NCBI GenBank assembly: GCA_965208615.1
Contig: CBDBPB010000007.1
Span: 384,001-448,000, forward strand
From: Spirochaetota bacterium
GTDB lineage: Bacteria; Spirochaetota; UBA6919; CBDBPB01
DNA length: 64,000 bases
Direction: 5' to 3'
In this document: positions 20,575 to 29,117 of the stretch, piece by piece
Numbering within the stretch: position 1 is the stretch's first letter
Layout: each line of letters starts with the position of its first letter
Notes under the pieces: model-generated
Database searches by the model: none
The model's input: the letters and a program-made list of their open reading frames with translations, nothing else
Told to the model about the DNA's origin: nothing
Program-made: the position numbers and the translations under genes

Positions 20575-21756
20575 TTATTTAAAAGAGCCTATAGATTTTT
20601 TATTTTTAAATGACTGCCAATGCTTTATAGTTTTTTTCAATGTTTTTAGTTGGGTTTTTTCGTTACCATAAAAAGAAATACATACTTTTTTTTGATCTTT
20701 TTTATGTGTTTTAAGTATTTCTACAATCTCTCCATTAAGATTTATGTTGATTGTTTTTTTAGCAAGTTGAAAAATAATATTAAAAATAAGCTTAGAACCT
20801 ACATACAATCTCTCATCCAATTTCTTGTTTGTTAAAAAGAACTTTAATCCTCCAAGACCAATATCTAAAATCTCTTGCTCCATATCAAAGTTTATTAATG
20901 TTTGTATTTGTTGCATTTTTTGCATGATCTCATAACTAACAAAGTTTAAATGAGCTACAGTACTAATAATATCAATGGGATCATTAGGGGAGTATACTTT
21001 TATATATCCTAAAGGTATATCCTTACTCTCCCTTCTATACATAACAGGGTATATCAATATTGAGTTAATTTTTTCCTGACTAAAATAGTGCATTTGTTTT
21101 TCTAGGTTGGTACCCAATAATATACCATAATTAATTAAGTTTTCATTATCAAAGAAATAACTCTCTTTCTCTCTAGTATACTTTAAATATAAAAGCTTTT
21201 TTTTAGAGAATACTATGTCGAGTAGTTTATCCTCTTTTAGAGAGTCTGCATCAAAGCATCCCGCGCTAATATTACTATAAAAAGGGGATAGGATTCTTTC
21301 ATAGTCAATAAATATATTCTTTACAGAAATAGGTATGCTATGGGGATCAAAAATATAGTTTTCTAGTCCTGATAGTTGTTGTACGCCAGATATAATAACT
21401 TCTTTATTATTTACCGTATACCTAGTTTGATCTCTTGTAGAAGAGGCAATACTGGCATTTATAGGCTCAACAATATGACGTCCTATTGCAATGTTATCAA
21501 TATACTTGAACTTAATTTCTATATGCTTTTCTGCTATGGCATATAAAGTTAATGACTTTTCTATTAAATAGTCAAATGGTAAAAATACTTTAAGGTTATC
21601 ATTATAAACATGTTGTATATTAACGTGTACCTTACGTGGATAGCCTTTTAAGTATAATTTTTTATTATTAAGGAATTTATTTATTATATAGATTACCCGT
21701 TTTTTTCCGGTAATCGAAAGTCTTTTTCGTTTATTTTTATTTATGATATTAGTCAT
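20575..21756 (-). CDS. DUF1577/PilZ-like protein (spirochaete type)
   Basis: RDQTRY, SILIYPV..PLGYI, ILDIGLGGL PilZ-like motifs. Confidence 0.65.
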   Translation of the reverse strand: MTNIINKNKRKRLSITGKKRVIYIINKFLNNKKLYLKGYPRKVHVNIQHVYNDNLKVFLPFDYLIEKSLTLYAIAEKHIEIKFKYIDNIAIGRHIVEPINASIASSTRDQTRYTVNNKEVIISGVQQLSGLENYIFDPHSIPISVKNIFIDYERILSPFYSNISAGCFDADSLKEDKLLDIVFSKKKLLYLKYTREKESYFFDNENLINYGILLGTNLEKQMHYFSQEKINSILIYPVMYRRESKDIPLGYIKVYSPNDPIDIISTVAHLNFVSYEIMQKMQQIQTLINFDMEQEILDIGLGGLKFFLTNKKLDERLYVGSKLIFNIIFQLAKKTININLNGEIVEILKTHKKDQKKVCISFYGNEKTQLKTLKKTIKHWQSFKNKKSIGSFK

Positions 21757-21780
21757 AGTTACTCCTGAACAACTAAATTA

Positions 21781-22779
21781 CTATTTATTTTTACATTTAT
21801 AATTAGATGTAGTTTTAGAGAGTCTGGAAAGAGATGCTAAAATACGTTTAGCCTCTCTAACAGGTTTAGCAGGAAAACCAAGGACTAACTCATCACTTTT
21901 AATAGATTTAGTTACAGTACTTTTTGCCATGACTAAAACTCTATCTCCTATAGTAATATGATCAACAATTCCAGCTTGTCCTGCAATGGTAACGTCATTA
22001 CCCAAATGAGAACTACCTGCTATTCCGGCTTGTCCTGCTATATAGCAGTTTTTGCCAATAGAACAGTTATGTGCAATCTGGACTAAATTATCTATTTTTG
22101 TTCCTGAGCCAATAAATGTTTTTCCAATAGTAGCCCTATCTATGGATGTATTAGAACCTATTTCTACATTGTCATCTAACTCTACAATACCTAAATGAGG
22201 TATTTTATATCTTTTATTATCTGTATCATAATAAGCAAATCCATCAGAGCCAATAACCGCTCCAGAATGAATAATGTTATTCTTACCAATAATGCATTCT
22301 CTTTCTATGACCACGTTTGCATGGATAGTAGTTTTTTCTTTTATGTGAACCCCTTTACCAATAAAACAATGGGGGTATATTATAACATCATCATCAATAA
22401 TAGCATTGTCCATAATAGTAGAGTAAGCCATAATAGTAACGTTCTTACCAAGACTAACATTACTATCTATTATGGCAGTTGGATGTACTTCTTTATCAAA
22501 GTCAACTTTTTTTTTAAAGTAGTCTAGTATTTTAATAAAGGCTAGTTTGCCATCCCTTACCCTAACAATATTCTTATTTATAAAATTATAATCAATATCA
22601 CTAGATAATAGTAATGCAGAGGCTGGAGAATTAATAACAGTGGATAAATAGCTTTTATTCTCTATATATACTATAGTGTTTTTTTTAGGCTCTTGTGGGG
22701 ATGATATACCATAGATATTTGTATTTTCATTTCCAAATAGTTTACCATTAACCAAATGTGCTATTTCTTTTAGAGTCAT
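21781..22779 (-). CDS. lpxD: UDP-3-O-acylglucosamine N-acyltransferase
   Basis: Hexapeptide repeats, GSDGF, IDRAT, TKIDNLVQIAHN, GFPA. Confidence 0.97.
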   Translation of the reverse strand: MTLKEIAHLVNGKLFGNENTNIYGISSPQEPKKNTIVYIENKSYLSTVINSPASALLLSSDIDYNFINKNIVRVRDGKLAFIKILDYFKKKVDFDKEVHPTAIIDSNVSLGKNVTIMAYSTIMDNAIIDDDVIIYPHCFIGKGVHIKEKTTIHANVVIERECIIGKNNIIHSGAVIGSDGFAYYDTDNKRYKIPHLGIVELDDNVEIGSNTSIDRATIGKTFIGSGTKIDNLVQIAHNCSIGKNCYIAGQAGIAGSSHLGNDVTIAGQAGIVDHITIGDRVLVMAKSTVTKSIKSDELVLGFPAKPVREAKRILASLSRLSKTTSNYKCKNK

Positions 22780-23837
22780 TGTTTGCCGACTTCTCCTTTT
22801 ACAATCTTTTGTATAACCTTAGGTATACCTCCTAATATTTCGATATTAAATAGTGTTTTTAATTTGGGATAGGTTGATATATAACTTTTTATTTGTTTAA
22901 CTTCGTCTACCTCGCCATAGTATGTTAATACATAGCTTTTTAGCCACATGGCAAAAGGTTCTACTAGGTTTATGTTTTTTATATTAGGGTTTAATATTTT
23001 TAGTATAATTTTACTATATTCATAGGCAAAAACACCTATAGCCCTCTCTTTTGTGATACCTTTGTAATAAATAATAAGTTTTTCATTGACTGAGTAGCCA
23101 AGACTATTATGATTATTATAATGCGGATTTAACATATTGAAGTCTAATTCTTTAGTTTGACAATTGTAGTGATTTTTAATGGCAAACTGTTTATTAATAA
23201 ATGCCGTAACCATATTATTTAAATTGCGTGCATCATTAGGGGTAATAGTTCTTTTACTGCACGACTTACAAATAATATTTTGTCCTATTTCAAAGTATTC
23301 TTTTTCTGGTATGGGTATCTTACAAACCGTACAGGTTTTTGCGTTATTATAACAATTCTTACAATATGTTCCTTTAATATACTTTATTCTGTATGCCTCT
23401 TTGGCAGTAATATGAGTTTTACAGCAGTCACACATTTTATTCACTTTGCAAAGACTGCAATATAAGCTTTTTAGTTTAGGGCCAACTTGTTTTGCAGGCA
23501 TACCGCAGTTATCGCAGGTAAAAAGACTTTGATAGCATCCAAAGCAATATATAATATCTTTTATATAAGAGTAAAAGCTAAAGTATTTACCCTTAATCTT
23601 ACCCCCACAGCTGTGGCAGATTTTTAGAAACTCTTTATTTTGTTTAAATACAAAGTCAATAACCCTAATCTTTTCATCAGTATTAAGTATTTCTTTATCA
23701 CCAATAGAGTTAATAAGATCATTGGAGGTATTTATATTAGTATTAAAAAGCTTATTATCTTTATTTTTTTGTTCTTTTTTTAAAGGTTTGCTAATTTTTT
23801 TAAACTTAAATGGTCTAACTTCTTTTTTCTTATCCAT
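22776..23837 (-). CDS. Multi-zinc-finger (LIM-like) protein with degenerate DA1-like C-terminal domain
   Basis: Eight CxxC pairs; AYEYSK..VEPFAMW resembles the HExxH..EEG region; ATGA overlap with lpxD. Confidence 0.55.
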   Translation of the reverse strand: MDKKKEVRPFKFKKISKPLKKEQKNKDNKLFNTNINTSNDLINSIGDKEILNTDEKIRVIDFVFKQNKEFLKICHSCGGKIKGKYFSFYSYIKDIIYCFGCYQSLFTCDNCGMPAKQVGPKLKSLYCSLCKVNKMCDCCKTHITAKEAYRIKYIKGTYCKNCYNNAKTCTVCKIPIPEKEYFEIGQNIICKSCSKRTITPNDARNLNNMVTAFINKQFAIKNHYNCQTKELDFNMLNPHYNNHNSLGYSVNEKLIIYYKGITKERAIGVFAYEYSKIILKILNPNIKNINLVEPFAMWLKSYVLTYYGEVDEVKQIKSYISTYPKLKTLFNIEILGGIPKVIQKIVKGEVGKQ

Positions 23838-24171
23838 AATGGATATACTATTACAAATTTACTATTTTATCAAGTATTAATATTATAGTATAAAGCTATA
23901 TTACCCCTTATTGCGGCATATACTAATATTTTTTTTTACGTTGTTAGGGTGGGGGTAGATATATGTTATAAAATATCGGTTTATTTTTTAAATTTAATTT
24001 AATTTTGTATTAAAAAAAGTTTTTTTGTTATGGATAAGAGCTATGCTAAAGTCGATGGTATAAAGTAACGAATATTGTTATATTTTTTAACATAAAAAAA
24101 ATAACTTTAGTTAAAATAGTTTTTATTATTTTTGTCAAGATTTGCTAACAATATTATTTGCGGATAAACAA

Positions 24172-24843
24172 ATGAAAAGAATATTAATAGTTATATTAAT
24201 TTTGTTATCTTTAGTTAGTTATGCTAAGCACTTAAAGCTTTCATCGAAAAAGGATATTGAATATTATTTTAAAAAAGGGAAGTCAGCATTAAAGAAAACT
24301 AGGTTTAGCGAGGCTATTAATTATTTTTCACAAGCAATTGAGCTTAATAGTAGTTATAGCCAATGTTATTATTATAGGGGTCAGGCTTTTCTTTTTACAA
24401 AGAGCTATTATAATGCGGTTAAAGACTTTAGTCAATTTATTAATAGAAATCCTAATAGTGCAAGGGCTTACTATAGTAGAGGGTTAGCTAATTTTTATGC
24501 TAAAGAGTATAAACAAGCCATAAGCGATATGACAAAAGTAAAAAAGTTAAAACCAACTCTTATTAACATTCATAATATTAGGGGTCAGTCACTTCTTAGG
24601 CTAAAGCAATATAAATACGCTATAATAGATTTTAGGGTATTTATTAATTATTATCCCCTAAGCTATGCCCCTGTATACCTTCATTTATCTACAGCCTATA
24701 AAAACATTGGTGATACTAAAAATGCCATAATATCCTTAAAGAACTACCTTAAACTTAGCAAGAACGAAAGGATAAGAGAGTTAGTTAAGAAACAGCTAAA
24801 AGAACTTTCATCTAAGGTTAGAAAGTCCTCAATAAGAAAATAA
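24172..24843 (+). CDS. Exported TPR protein
   Basis: Signal peptide MKRILIVI..SYA; TPRs (YYYRG, AYYSRG). Confidence 0.85.
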   Translation: MKRILIVILILLSLVSYAKHLKLSSKKDIEYYFKKGKSALKKTRFSEAINYFSQAIELNSSYSQCYYYRGQAFLFTKSYYNAVKDFSQFINRNPNSARAYYSRGLANFYAKEYKQAISDMTKVKKLKPTLINIHNIRGQSLLRLKQYKYAIIDFRVFINYYPLSYAPVYLHLSTAYKNIGDTKNAIISLKNYLKLSKNERIRELVKKQLKELSSKVRKSSIRK

Positions 24844-24931
24844 CCCCTATAAATTACAAACACATGTCTATATGTCTTTACATGGCATCGGCTAACTTAT
24901 GGTTATTTAAGAAGAAATTTATGTTCTAAAT

Positions 24932-24959
24932 TAAAGTAGCCATTTTTTATAGCCGATAT
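24932..24959 (+). promoter_or_regulatory. Sigma28 promoter of flagellin
   Basis: TAAA-N16-GCCGATAT, matching the SigD/FliA consensus, upstream of flaB. Confidence 0.85.
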
Positions 24960-25259
24960 TGTATTTAGAAAAAAATAAGTACATCTAAAAAACAATAAAA
25001 CACTTCTTTATAAGATCCAAAGGAGGAGCGCACATTGGGTATTTATAATAGAGTTAAATGTTGCCCTAAAACCATTAGAAAGCTTCTATTTATTATAATC
25101 CATCTAACAAAGCTAAGAAGGTTTATCTTGAGGAACAATACAATATGCTTTTTTAAGGCATATTTTACTGTTGCTTAAGCCAGAACAGTTACGTAGAAAT
25201 AGGTCGTTTATTTTCTTCTTGGCTGACATAACATTAACTTATGGCTAAAAGCAGCAAAT

Positions 25260-25301
25260 ACAGAAGGATCTGGATGAAAACTAAATCATGGAGGGTGATT
25301 T
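25260..25301 (+). promoter_or_regulatory. Putative CsrA sites at the flagellin RBS
   Basis: GGA motifs (AAGGAT, TGGATG, CATGGAGG) just upstream of and overlapping the SD, as in CsrA-regulated flagellin leaders. Confidence 0.5.
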
Positions 25302-26333
25302 ATGATTATCAATCATAACTTAAGTGCTATGTTTGCCGAGAGACAGTTTAAAATTAACTCTTCTAATCAACAAAAAAATATAGAAAAGCTGTCTAGCGGT
25401 TTACAGATTAACCGCGCAGGTGATAATGCGGCGGGATTGGCAGTATCAGAAAAAATGAGGGCACAAATTAGGGGTTTAAATCAGGCTAGTAGGAATGCTC
25501 AGGATGGTATTTCAATGATACAAACTGCTGAAGGTTGGCTTCACGAAACTCAGTCAATTTTACAAAGAATGCGAGAGCTTGCTGTTCAGGCGGCAACTGG
25601 AACCTATACTTATGAAGATAGGGTTCAGATTAATACAGAGATCTTGCAGCTTGTTGACGAAATTGATAGAATTGCTTCTCAGGCAGAGTTTAATACTTTA
25701 AGACTCTTAAGAGGAGGCTTTAGAAGGGAACCGGTTTCAGCGGAATTTGATAAACTAATCGATCCCACTAGGCAATACGATCCAGTTAAGGCAAATTCTA
25801 ACCCTAATCCACCAATAAGGCCAATTGAGCCTTATACTGATGACCCTACTCCTCATGTTCCTTTAGTGAGGTCGGCAGAAAACTTTAATAAAGAGCCGTT
25901 TGGTGGTGTTTTTATTCATGTTGGTCCTAACTCGGATCAGCGTGAAAGGTTCTTTATAGAAAACCTATCTGCATATTCTTTAGGTTTAGCGGATGGAACT
26001 CCTACAGTTGATGCACATGATAGGAAGGTTCATGTTAATTTTCTGTCGCAAGATGGTGCTAATACTGCCATTGCTAATATTGATTCTGCAATGTTTAAAG
26101 TTGCAAGGCAAAGGGCTGATCTTGGAGCATATCAAAATCGACTTGAACACACAATTAGAGCCGTAGACAATACTGCTGAGAATTTACAAGCTGCTGAATC
26201 TCAAATAAGAGATACTAATATGGCTAATGAGATGGTTGACTTTGTTAAGAATCAGATATTATCTCAAAGTTCTGCCTCATTATTAGCACAGGCTAATATG
26301 CAGCCACAAGCCGTATTAAGGGTATTGGGCTAA
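25302..26333 (+). CDS. flaB: Flagellin (spirochaete class B filament core)
   Basis: MIINHN, EKLSSG..INRAGD.AAGLAVSEKMR, RADLGAYQNRLE, AESQIRD; Pro-rich central insert. Confidence 0.95.
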   Translation: MIINHNLSAMFAERQFKINSSNQQKNIEKLSSGLQINRAGDNAAGLAVSEKMRAQIRGLNQASRNAQDGISMIQTAEGWLHETQSILQRMRELAVQAATGTYTYEDRVQINTEILQLVDEIDRIASQAEFNTLRLLRGGFRREPVSAEFDKLIDPTRQYDPVKANSNPNPPIRPIEPYTDDPTPHVPLVRSAENFNKEPFGGVFIHVGPNSDQRERFFIENLSAYSLGLADGTPTVDAHDRKVHVNFLSQDGANTAIANIDSAMFKVARQRADLGAYQNRLEHTIRAVDNTAENLQAAESQIRDTNMANEMVDFVKNQILSQSSASLLAQANMQPQAVLRVLG

Positions 26334-26416
26334 ACAGAGGATTCGTATACCAGTAAATAGAATAACGACCTTTCTATTATTATATGGATGATGGTATATG
26401 GATTTCAATTTTAAAA

Positions 26417-26457
26417 AGCTGATCTACTAAGAAAGGTAGATCGGCTATATTTTTTTA
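26417..26457 (+). terminator. Intrinsic terminator after flaB
   Basis: AGCTGATCTAC...GTAGATCGGCT followed by a T-run. Confidence 0.7.
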
Positions 26458-26827
26458 TATGGTCATGTTCTTTATTCAGCTATCTATTATGAATATTATT
26501 TTTAATCTATCTCCACATCATATTCTTACTAATTATTTCAATAAAATAATAGTTTTTCTTTCATAACTAAGTTATCATAAAACGTCATTTTAAATGTTTA
26601 CCTATACAAAAAAGTATCTATATATTAAAATACCCTTACCATTCCAATATCAAAAACTTAATAACAACAAATATAAAAATAATATGATGGCTTAGAAGTA
26701 TTTTACAGTAATTCACTAAAATGACTTATAACAATTTATAGCTATTTTATTATTTTTTTAAAGTAAAGAATAAAATACTGTTAGTATTCAAAGTAATATT
26801 TTGCCAGTTTGTCATTGAGGTAAAATC

Positions 26828-27511
26828 ATGGATCAGACAGATAATATAAAAACATTAGTTGATATGATTAGTAATTCAGAAAGAGATGAGGCCAGTATTT
26901 TTGTTGACAAGTGGATAAGCTCTTATGGAGTTAATGGGCTACTTGTAAACCTTTTAGAACCGACATTAAGGTTAATAGGCAATATGTGGAGTGCTCAAGA
27001 GTTTTCTTTGGCTCAAATATATATAGCTTCAAAGATATCAGAAGACTCATTACAAAAGTATACTAGCTCTAAAGAAGCAAATAAAAAAGATATTTTTACG
27101 AAAGGTCCTGTAGTTATTGGGAATATTGAAGATGATTATCATCCACTGGGTAGAAAGATAGTTACTACAATTTTACAGGCTAATATGTGGAAAGTCTATG
27201 ATCTTGGTATTGATGTTGAGGCAAAAAGCTTTGTAGATACCGCTATTGAAGTTGAAGCTAAGATAATAGGTACTTCTGCTATGATATATACCACAGCTGA
27301 GAATATTTTAACTGTGAGAGAAGAAATTGATAAACGGGGTTATAGTGGTAAAATACAACTGGCAGTAGGAGGAGCTGTTTTTCGTCTTACTCCTAATTTA
27401 TATAAGGAACTTGGTGGTGATGGGACTGCTAATAATGCTATAGATGTCCCTGAACTATTTAACAACTTATTAGATAAAGCAAACAATTTTACAGGAGTCC
27501 CAAATGAATAG
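26828..27511 (+). CDS. Cobalamin-binding (corrinoid) protein
   Basis: Cap domain (IGNMW...LAQ) + GNIEDDYHPLG (DxHxxG), DLGIDV, VGGA. Confidence 0.92.
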   Translation: MDQTDNIKTLVDMISNSERDEASIFVDKWISSYGVNGLLVNLLEPTLRLIGNMWSAQEFSLAQIYIASKISEDSLQKYTSSKEANKKDIFTKGPVVIGNIEDDYHPLGRKIVTTILQANMWKVYDLGIDVEAKSFVDTAIEVEAKIIGTSAMIYTTAENILTVREEIDKRGYSGKIQLAVGGAVFRLTPNLYKELGGDGTANNAIDVPELFNNLLDKANNFTGVPNE

Positions 27512-28523
27512 TAAAGAAAGAGTTTTTGCAACAGTCATGGGTAAACCAGTAGATAGACCACCGTTCACTGCATTACTTAGCCTTTATGGTGCAAAACTAA
27601 TAGGAGCTCCTTTAAAAGAGTATTATAATAATCCGAATTTATATGTAGAGGGTCAGTCTGCTGTAAGAAGTATATTTAAGCCAGATATACTTTTTGCACC
27701 GTTTTTAATGGTATTTTTAGCTGAGGCTTTTGGTGGTAAAGTAAAGTATTTTGATAATAGTCCTCCTAATCTTTTGCATCCTTCTAATAGTTCTGTAGAG
27801 GAGTTTTTATCTATGGACTTTCCACAAGTTGACTTAAACCCAAAGATATTATATATTCGGGAGTCAATTAGAAAAATGCACTCTCTATATTCTAGTGATA
27901 CTGCAATAGCAGTTGCTATGCTAAGCCCTATAGAAATACCTTTTATGATATTTGGTATTGACAAGTGGATGGAGATCATTCTTTTTGATAAAGCTGGTGT
28001 AAAAAAAGTATTAGATAAGACTATTACCTTTTTTATAGACTTGGCAAATGCTTTATTTAAAGATGGGGCAGATTTTGTAGCATTACCGTCTCCACTATTG
28101 GTAAGAGAAATAACAACTAACGATCTTATAAAAGATGTGGCAAACCCAATTTATAAAGAGTCTTTTTCAAAGCTTAATGGGCCAGTTGTAATACACCATG
28201 TGGGTGGGACAATTGTTAACTCCATAAATCTATTTACTGGGCTAGCCAATATGTTGGGTGTAGTTATAGACCATAAAGAAAGTTTACCACTAGCAAGAGA
28301 TGTACTTGGCCCAAATGTTGTTTTATTAGGAGGACCTGATGGACCTAATATTCACCGTTATAACAAAGAGCAAGTAATATTTAAGTGTAAGGATATATTA
28401 AACGATCGTATAAACGATTCAAAGTTCATATTAGCTACTACAGGTGCGGATGTTGCCATTAAAACGCCAGAAGACAATATCCATGCAATGAGGGAGGCGG
28501 TAGAGTTATTTAGGGGTAATTAA
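27504..28523 (+). CDS. UroD/MtaA-family protein (methylcobamide methyltransferase-like)
   Basis: MNSKERV..G.PVDRPP N-terminus, AEAFG, TPEDNIHAM; usual H-x-C and GC ligands appear as HVG and GA. Confidence 0.85.
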   Translation: MNSKERVFATVMGKPVDRPPFTALLSLYGAKLIGAPLKEYYNNPNLYVEGQSAVRSIFKPDILFAPFLMVFLAEAFGGKVKYFDNSPPNLLHPSNSSVEEFLSMDFPQVDLNPKILYIRESIRKMHSLYSSDTAIAVAMLSPIEIPFMIFGIDKWMEIILFDKAGVKKVLDKTITFFIDLANALFKDGADFVALPSPLLVREITTNDLIKDVANPIYKESFSKLNGPVVIHHVGGTIVNSINLFTGLANMLGVVIDHKESLPLARDVLGPNVVLLGGPDGPNIHRYNKEQVIFKCKDILNDRINDSKFILATTGADVAIKTPEDNIHAMREAVELFRGN

Positions 28524-28526
28524 ATT

Positions 28527-29117
28527 ATGGATAAACCTATAAGTTTTATAGTTTGTGGTGTTTTTCGTCCAGAGATAAAAGCTCTACAAGAAAAACGTTT
28601 ACTTGACTTTCCTATTAAATATCTGGACTCTAACTTGCACATGAAGCCTGAGGTGTTGTGTAATAGATTAGCTAAACTCTTAGATAAGCGAGCTAATGAA
28701 GATAAAAAAGTTCTTTTGACCTATGGGGAGTGCCATGCTCACATGATAGATCAAGAATCAGAAGAAAATGTAATTCGTTTAGAAGGGGTTAACTGTATAG
28801 AGATATTTCTTGGTACAGAGAAATATAGACAATTGCTTAAAGAAAAAGCTTTTTTCTTACTTCCAGAGTGGGTATTACGATGGAAAAAGATTATTAGTAA
28901 AATACTTGATCTTGATAGTAAATCAACAATTGAGATAATCAAAGATAGTCATTCTAAATTTGTTTATATTGATACTGGGGTCTTACCTATACCAGAAAAA
29001 GAAATAAAAGAATGTTCTAAATATTTTGACTTACCTTATGAGATACTTAACATCTCTCTAGATAATTTTCTTAATTTACTTAATAAGGCTTTAGGAGAAT
29101 TGATAGAGAGTGGATAA
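28527..29117 (+). CDS. DUF1638-family protein
   Basis: IVCGVF..EI, LH..P, YGECH, NCI..FLG, YIDTG. Confidence 0.8.
   Translation: MDKPISFIVCGVFRPEIKALQEKRLLDFPIKYLDSNLHMKPEVLCNRLAKLLDKRANEDKKVLLTYGECHAHMIDQESEENVIRLEGVNCIEIFLGTEKYRQLLKEKAFFLLPEWVLRWKKIISKILDLDSKSTIEIIKDSHSKFVYIDTGVLPIPEKEIKECSKYFDLPYEILNISLDNFLNLLNKALGELIESG

Noticed and set aside
23973-24001. Sigma28-like promoter for the zinc-finger-lpxD operon (ACCGATAT, minus strand)
   Set aside because: Mismatch in the -10 and TAAA spacings of 12 or 17 nt in an AT-rich tract; chance match likely.
26460-26827. Cobalamin riboswitch upstream of the corrinoid operon (or of cbiB)
   Set aside because: Very AT-rich with no recognisable B12-box; the gap before cbiB is only ~55 bp.
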